A DNA stretch of 64,000 nt. It comes from Alkaliphilus sp. Lineage in GTDB: Bacteria; Bacillota; Clostridia; Peptostreptococcales; NVVX01. Numbering within the stretch: position 1 is the stretch's first letter; each line of letters starts with the position of its first letter. The translations under genes were made by a program, and so were the position numbers. The notes beneath the pieces were generated by a model. That model was given only the letters and a program-made list of their open reading frames with translations, ran no database searches and was not told the DNA's origin. Location: NCBI GenBank assembly GCA_002733545.1, contig NVVX01000001.1:45099-109098 (forward strand), written 5' to 3'. Of the stretch, positions 58,413 to 64,000 are shown in pieces.

Positions 58413-60181
58413 ATACTGTAAGAGAAGATGAAGTACTAAAAGATAGTATTAATATCAACATTATTAAAAGACTAGCAAAATACTTAAGTAAATATACAAA
58501 AGAAATCGTATTAACACTTTTACTTATGCCAATTGTTATAGGAGTTACTCTATTTAATCCTTACCTTCTTAAAATAGCTATAGATAGTTTTATTGAAGAT
58601 AGTAATGTACGAGGGTTAATAATTTTGGCAGTGGCTGCGATTTTTGTAAACTTGGTAGGGGTGTTAGCCTCAAGAGTGGTTACGGTCACTATGTCAGTAG
58701 TTGCAAGCAAGATACTTGTTACTATTCGCCAGGAAATGTTTCATCACATTCAAAAACTATCATTTTCATTTTTTGATAGTCGACCAGTCGGAAAAGTTTT
58801 AACAAGAATAATTGGAGATGTAAATTCATTAAATGCATTATTCATTGACAGTGTAACAGTGTTAATTCCTGATTTTATCACAGTAATTGCTATAGCTTTA
58901 GTAATGATATCAATAAACTACAAACTAGCAGTAGTTGCATTAATTACTCTGCCATTTTTAATAATTTTCATGTTTCTAATAGAAACAACTCTTAGGAAAA
59001 GGTGGCAAGTATTTAGAAAAAAACAATCTAATATGAATGCATATATTCATGAAAGCTACTCTGGAATACGAATAGTGCAGAGTTTTACTAGAGAAAAAAG
59101 AACACGTGGTGTTTTTATAGAAACAATGAATGACATGTTAAACTCGTTTAAATCTGCAATTGTTATTGCAAATAGTTTTTGGCCATTAGTGCAGTTAGCT
59201 GAAGGTATTGGAACTATAATAGTTTTTTGGTATGGAGTTACACTCCTAAGAGCTAATGAAATATCTGTAGGGACATTAGTTGCATTTATAAGTTACCTAG
59301 CACTCTTTTGGTTTCCAATAATGAAACTGAGTAATTTCTATAATATACTTGTTACTAATGTAGCAGGAGCTGAAAGAATATTTGAAATCTTAGACATTGA
59401 TCCTGAGATAGTAGATAATGATAAGGCGATTGAACTGCCTAAAATTAACGGAACAGTAGAGTTTAAAGATGTAACTTTTTCATACGGAAACGGAGTAGAC
59501 GTTCTAAAGAACGTAAGCTTCAAAGTTGAACCTGGCAAAACTATTGCATTAGTAGGTGAAACAGGAGCAGGTAAAACTACAATAGTAAGCCTTATTAGTC
59601 GTTTTTATGACATTGAAAAAGGGAAATTGCTTATTGATGGACATGACATAAAAGATGTTACAGTAGAATCTTTAAGAGGACAAATGGCAATAATGACACA
59701 AGAGACTTTTCTTTTTTCAGGAACAATAAAAGAAAACATTCGTTATGGAAGACTAGATGCAACTGACGAAGAAGTAATTGAAGCTGCAAAAGTTGTAAAC
59801 GCACATAGTTTTATTATGAAGCTAGAAAAAGGATATGATACAGACGTAAACGAGCGTGGAGCGAGACTTTCTGTAGGGCAAAGACAGCTAGTGGCACTAT
59901 CAAGAGCAGTTTTAGCAGACCCAAGGATACTAATACTTGACGAAGCTACTTCTAGTATAGACACAGAAACTGAAAAACTCGTTCAAAAAGGAATTAGCAA
60001 CTTACTATCAGATAGAACAGCCTTTGTAATTGCACATAGACTATCTACAATTAAAAATGCCGACAGAATTATGGTAATAGGTGACGGAAGAATTATTGAA
60101 GAAGGAAGCCATAATGAACTCCTAAAAAAACGGGGAGAATATTACAACTTGCATATGGCACAGTTTAAGTTTTTGGATTAA
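58403..60181 (+). CDS. Heterodimeric ABC exporter subunit 2 (TMD plus NBD)
   Basis: GETGAGKT, degenerate signature LSVGQRQL, ILDEATS and IAHRLST. Confidence 0.92.
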   Translation: MPVNTVREDEVLKDSININIIKRLAKYLSKYTKEIVLTLLLMPIVIGVTLFNPYLLKIAIDSFIEDSNVRGLIILAVAAIFVNLVGVLASRVVTVTMSVVASKILVTIRQEMFHHIQKLSFSFFDSRPVGKVLTRIIGDVNSLNALFIDSVTVLIPDFITVIAIALVMISINYKLAVVALITLPFLIIFMFLIETTLRKRWQVFRKKQSNMNAYIHESYSGIRIVQSFTREKRTRGVFIETMNDMLNSFKSAIVIANSFWPLVQLAEGIGTIIVFWYGVTLLRANEISVGTLVAFISYLALFWFPIMKLSNFYNILVTNVAGAERIFEILDIDPEIVDNDKAIELPKINGTVEFKDVTFSYGNGVDVLKNVSFKVEPGKTIALVGETGAGKTTIVSLISRFYDIEKGKLLIDGHDIKDVTVESLRGQMAIMTQETFLFSGTIKENIRYGRLDATDEEVIEAAKVVNAHSFIMKLEKGYDTDVNERGARLSVGQRQLVALSRAVLADPRILILDEATSSIDTETEKLVQKGISNLLSDRTAFVIAHRLSTIKNADRIMVIGDGRIIEEGSHNELLKKRGEYYNLHMAQFKFLD

Positions 60182-60237
60182 ATAGCAATCACTATTAAAA
60201 CATTACGGTTAATTAACAACAGATTGCAGAAACTTAC

Positions 60238-60274
60238 TTGACATGACAATGATAATCCATTACACTTATCATTG
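60238..60274 (+). promoter_or_regulatory. SigA promoter overlapped by a Fur-box-like operator
   Basis: TTGACA-N17-TACACT. GACAATGATAATC and the inverted pair CAATGATAA / TTATCATTG overlap it. Confidence 0.7.
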
Positions 60275-60311
60275 CAATGAAAGTTGTTATCACATCAATG
60301 GAGGTTAATAA

Positions 60312-61355
60312 ATGACAAGACAGACAAAAACATTAATTACAGTACTTTTAATTTCACTTTTTTTACTTTCAGGTTGTACAACGCCTAAAGTAGAAAAAGA
60401 AGCACAAGTGGTAAATTTGTACACGGACAGACATTATGACACTGATGCAGAATTGTATGAGTTGTTTACAAAAGAGACGGGAATCGTGGTTAATGTTGTA
60501 AAAGCAAAGTCAGACGAACTTATTGAACGACTAGATAGAGAAGGCGAAGACACCGAGGCTGATCTTTTGATTACTACCGACGCCGGAAGATTGTTTAGAG
60601 CAAAAGATAAAAACTTGTTGCAAGTTGTAAACAGTAGCATTTTGGAAGAAAACGTACCAGCTAATTTAAAAGATATTGACAATGAGTGGTTTGGGCTTAC
60701 AGTAAGAGCAAGAGTTTTCGTTTACGCAAAAGATAGAATTTCACCAGAACAGTTTTCTACTTATGAAAACCTAACAGAGTCAGAATGGAATGGCAAAATA
60801 TTAGTAAGGACTTCAGGAAACATCTACAACCTTTCGTTAATAGCATCATTTATTGAAATTATGGGCGAAGAAGCAACGCTTGAATGGGCAAAAGGCATAG
60901 CGAACAATTTAGCAAGAGTTCCAGCAGGAAATGATAGAGCTCAAGCAAAAGCAGTTGTAGCAGGTGAAGGCGATGTAGCTATTATGAACACATACTATAT
61001 TGGTAAAATGCTTAACTCTGCTGATGAAGAAGAGGTTAAAGTAGCAAAAGCAGTGGGAGTATTCTTTCCAAATCAAGAAACAACTGGTACTCATATTAAC
61101 GTAAGCGGTATCGGATTAACAAAGTATGCAAACAATACAGAAAATGCTATAAAGCTTATGGAATTTCTTTCAGGAAAAGAAGCACAAAAACAATATGCTG
61201 AGGCAAACTTTGAATACCCAGTTAACCCTAATGTAGAACCAGCAGAACTACTAAAATCGTGGGGCGAGTTTAAGGCACAAGATATTAACCTTACTAAATT
61301 GGGAGAAAATAGCGAGAGAGCAGTACAATTACTATTGAAATCAGGATGGCAATAA
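60312..61355 (+). CDS. Fe(III) ABC transporter substrate-binding lipoprotein (FutA/FbpA-like)
   Basis: Lipobox LLSGC. VNLYTDRHY, YNLSL, GNDRAQ, NTYY, GTHINVSG and NFEYP. Confidence 0.9.
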   Translation: MTRQTKTLITVLLISLFLLSGCTTPKVEKEAQVVNLYTDRHYDTDAELYELFTKETGIVVNVVKAKSDELIERLDREGEDTEADLLITTDAGRLFRAKDKNLLQVVNSSILEENVPANLKDIDNEWFGLTVRARVFVYAKDRISPEQFSTYENLTESEWNGKILVRTSGNIYNLSLIASFIEIMGEEATLEWAKGIANNLARVPAGNDRAQAKAVVAGEGDVAIMNTYYIGKMLNSADEEEVKVAKAVGVFFPNQETTGTHINVSGIGLTKYANNTENAIKLMEFLSGKEAQKQYAEANFEYPVNPNVEPAELLKSWGEFKAQDINLTKLGENSERAVQLLLKSGWQ

Positions 61356-61394
61356 ACAGAAGCAGCTTACGCTGCTTCTAATTCTTTACTTAGG

Positions 61395-63056
61395 ATGTTG
61401 ACAAATATGAAACTGCGAAATTTTAAAATTCATTTTAATGCATGGTCTGTTTCGAGTACTATTTTTGTTTTATTAGTTTTGCTTCCGAACCTAAGCATTT
61501 TAGGATACTTAAACCACAGTCCAAGTGAAAACTGGTATTATGTAAAGGAATACATGCTGAATAAATACGTCATAAATTCAACTTTGATGGTTTTGTTTAC
61601 AGCATTTTTTACAATTACAATTGGAATAAGTCTTTCCTGGCTTGTGGTAGCTTATGATTTTCCAGGAAGAAAGTTATTGAATTGGGCACTAGTATTACCT
61701 ATTGCAATACCACCATATATAGGTGCCTACGCATACAATGGGATTTTTGACTATACAGGAGTCGTGCAGGTATTTTTAAGAGAAGCTTTTAATTTTGAAA
61801 AAGGTATAAAATTTTTTAACATCATGAATATTCGAGGAGCAATTTTCATATTTACTATCTTCCTCTTTCCTTATATCTTTATTGTTACGAAATCTTTTTT
61901 AGAAAAACAGTCGTCATCAATTGTTGAAAGCGCAAAAATTTTGGGTAGAGGGTCTGTAGACATTTTCTTTAATATTGTAATACCAATATCTAGAGTTGCA
62001 ATAATTGGAGGTGTTAGTCTTGTAATCCTAGAAGTGCTTAATGACTACGGAGTTGTAAAATACTTTGGAGTGCCAGCATTTTCAACAGGAATATTTCAGA
62101 TTTGGTTTTCCATGGGGGATATTAACTCAGCTATTAGGTTAGCTGCTGTTTTAATGATTTTTGTTATAGCAATCCTATTTTTTGAAAGAATTATTAGAGG
62201 CAGAAAAAAATACAGCAATACTAACAGCAAAGTAACTCCTCTAAGCAGGTCTAAATTAAAAGGCAAGTTAGCTTTTTTTGCGTCTTTTTATGGGTTTAGT
62301 ATATTATCTCTTGGGTTTTTTATTCCTGTAGCGCAGCTGTTTAGGTGGTTGAGTATGACTATAAATAGAAATGTTCGTCTTGACTTGCTAGAATTAACTA
62401 TGAATTCACTGCTAGTTGCATTTATTGCAACTATTTTAATTGTTATTAGTGCATTGATAGTTGCCAATTTTACTAGAATTACAAACAATAGCATATCAAA
62501 ACTTTATGCAAAAATAACCATAGTTGGATATTCGATACCAGCATCAGTGATTGCGCTAGGTGTTATTGTATTTTTCTTATATTTAGACAGGAATCTACAC
62601 GGCTTTTTAAGAATATTAAGCCCAGATGTAAAAAAATTATTCTTGAGCTCGAGTTTAGCTATGCTTATATTTGCGTACTATATACGTTTCTTAGGTATTG
62701 GGTTTAATGCGATAGAGGCTGGATATGAAAAAGTGGGCAACAAATTTTTTGAATCATCGCGAATGTTAGGTGAAAGCATTTTTAAAACTTTTTATAAAGT
62801 AGATATGCCTATGATTAAAGGAGCAATTATTAGCGGATCAATTCTTGTGTTTGTAGATATTCTTAAAGAATTACCACTAACACTAATTTTAAGACCATTT
62901 AATTTCGATACTTTTTCTACCAGAGCGTTTGAATACGCTAACGACGAAATGTTACAAGAAGCTTCAGTTGCTTCTTTGATTATTATTTTCATCAGTACAA
63001 TTGCAATTTATCTTTTCTATAAAATAGGAAGTAAGGGTGATGAAAAATGGAACTAA
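61395..63056 (+). CDS. Fe(III) ABC transporter permease
   Basis: Duplicated permease. LPIAIPPYI.AY, EVLNDYG and KELPLTLILRPFNFDT. Confidence 0.9.
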   Translation: MLTNMKLRNFKIHFNAWSVSSTIFVLLVLLPNLSILGYLNHSPSENWYYVKEYMLNKYVINSTLMVLFTAFFTITIGISLSWLVVAYDFPGRKLLNWALVLPIAIPPYIGAYAYNGIFDYTGVVQVFLREAFNFEKGIKFFNIMNIRGAIFIFTIFLFPYIFIVTKSFLEKQSSSIVESAKILGRGSVDIFFNIVIPISRVAIIGGVSLVILEVLNDYGVVKYFGVPAFSTGIFQIWFSMGDINSAIRLAAVLMIFVIAILFFERIIRGRKKYSNTNSKVTPLSRSKLKGKLAFFASFYGFSILSLGFFIPVAQLFRWLSMTINRNVRLDLLELTMNSLLVAFIATILIVISALIVANFTRITNNSISKLYAKITIVGYSIPASVIALGVIVFFLYLDRNLHGFLRILSPDVKKLFLSSSLAMLIFAYYIRFLGIGFNAIEAGYEKVGNKFFESSRMLGESIFKTFYKVDMPMIKGAIISGSILVFVDILKELPLTLILRPFNFDTFSTRAFEYANDEMLQEASVASLIIIFISTIAIYLFYKIGSKGDEKWN

Positions 63057-63727
63057 AGATAAAAGAACTATCGTTTAGATATCGAAATTCAAGCGAGAAA
63101 GTACTAGATCAGTTTCACCTAAGCGTCAGTAAGGGGGAAATTGTATCTATACTTGGTGATAGTGGGAGTGGGAAAAGTACTGTTCTAAGATTAATTGCAG
63201 GTCTTGAAATTCCGAAAATAGGTACTATCACACTAAAAGAATCTATTTTAGTTGACGCTAAAAACTTCATATTGCCAGAAAAGCGCGGTATAGGTATGGT
63301 TTTTCAAGATTACGCGCTATTTCCACATCTTACAGTTGCTAATAATGTTTTGTTTGGAATAAAACATCTTAGAAAAGCTGACCGCTTTAAACGTATGGAT
63401 GAAATGCTCGAACTTGTAGAAATGGGGGAGTATAAAAAAAGATATCCTTACGAACTTAGCGGTGGGCAACAGCAAAGGGTAGCGCTAGCTAGAGCCATTG
63501 CTCCGAAACCTTCGATTTTACTTTTAGACGAACCTTTTAGCAACTTGGATACAGCTCTGCAAATGAAAATTAGAAGAGATGTCAAAAATATATTAAAAAA
63601 AGCGAATATGACTTCCATTTTTGTAACTCACGATAGAGAAGATGTTTTGGATATTGCAGATAGAGTAGTCGTCTTAAAACATGGAAAAATAGTTAAAAGT
63701 GGCGCACCGAAAGATATACTTGCGTAA
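63047..63727 (+). CDS. Fe(III) ABC transporter ATP-binding subunit (short form)
   Basis: GDSGSGKST, VFQDYALFPHL, LSGGQQQR and LDEPFSNLD. Confidence 0.9.
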   Translation: MELKIKELSFRYRNSSEKVLDQFHLSVSKGEIVSILGDSGSGKSTVLRLIAGLEIPKIGTITLKESILVDAKNFILPEKRGIGMVFQDYALFPHLTVANNVLFGIKHLRKADRFKRMDEMLELVEMGEYKKRYPYELSGGQQQRVALARAIAPKPSILLLDEPFSNLDTALQMKIRRDVKNILKKANMTSIFVTHDREDVLDIADRVVVLKHGKIVKSGAPKDILA

Positions 63728-63811
63728 GCTCAAACATAGAAATCAAGTAGAGAGCAACACTAATTTATACAAACTAGTGCTGATTTTTGTTATGTTTAGA
63801 AGTAAATATTA

Positions 63812-63958
63812 GTGGTTTTGGTCAGCCAGAGAGATTGGGAAGACATGCAAGAAACGATTTTTTTATTGTCGCAAAAAGATTCTAGAGAAACAATTCTAGC
63901 TGCAAAAAATCAACCAATTGAAGAAGGGGTTGAAATCGATTGGAGAAATGGAAATTAG
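63812..63958 (+). pseudogene. C-terminal half of a Phd/YefM-family antitoxin
   Basis: VVLVSQRDWEDMQETIFLLSQKDSRETILAAKNQPIEEGVEIDW resembles a YefM C-terminus. In-frame TAA at 63803-63805, so no N-terminal DNA-binding part. Confidence 0.65.
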
Positions 63959-64000
63959 TATTTTCAAAACGCGCAAAAAAAGATTGGACTTTTATAAATG
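63940..64000 (+). CDS. Start of a Txe/YoeB-family toxin (runs off the window)
   Basis: TTG start after GAAGGGG, overlapping the antitoxin end. MEKWKLVFSKRAKKDWTFIN. Confidence 0.55.
   Translation, partial: MEKWKLVFSKRAKKDWTFIN

Noticed and set aside
538..62992. Numerous short minus-strand ORFs, and the plus-strand ORF 21907-22224, in the track
   Set aside because: They lie antisense to well-supported genes and show no recognisable motifs, so they are shadow ORFs.
63755..63790. NLYKLV read as the missing antitoxin N-terminus
   Set aside because: It is out of frame with the remnant, has no start or RBS, and the same bases form a terminator-like hairpin after the iron operon. It may be coincidence.
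1..64000. tRNA, rRNA, transposase, integrase or prophage genes
   Set aside because: None was recognised. Intergenic gaps are short and are explained by promoters, terminators or palindromic elements.

Overview
AT-rich chromosomal window from a spore-forming clostridial Firmicute. Gene content and order suggest an Alkaliphilus-like organism, which is an inference. Nearly all genes lie on the + strand. (1) 1-15.7 kb holds three tandem Opp/Dpp peptide ABC operons; two end in a similar unannotated ~50-aa membrane microprotein, and an M28-like lipoprotein that lacks its catalytic residues lies between operons 1 and 2. (2) Next come hpt, an Mrr-like membrane protein, pduL-deoC, a second M28-like paralog, ychF, a YhcN/YlaJ lipoprotein, lgt and a small Spo0E-like gene. 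(3) The dcw cluster runs from mraZ to ftsZ, with no murG or ftsA. (4) Then spoIIGA-sigE-sigG, ylmC, nrdR, a PhoP/PhoR-like pair, a frameshifted membrane gene, DUF1614-spoIIP, DUF512-der-plsY-gpsA and spoIVA. (5) The window ends with a heterodimeric ABC exporter preceded by a probable leader-peptide attenuator, an Fe3+ ABC operon with Fur-like sites, and a truncated YefM-like antitoxin with the start of a YoeB/Txe toxin. The most striking feature is one REP/REPIN-like palindrome family (core GGGGACGGTTCT / AGAACCGTCCCC) inserted in frame, in the same frame and orientation, inside both murE and murF, adding a shared peptide GTVLLC...EPSPCV. Several other families of short non-coding palindromic elements are present. 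No transposase, tRNA, rRNA or CRISPR array was seen. All calls come from reading the sequence by eye, without database searches.
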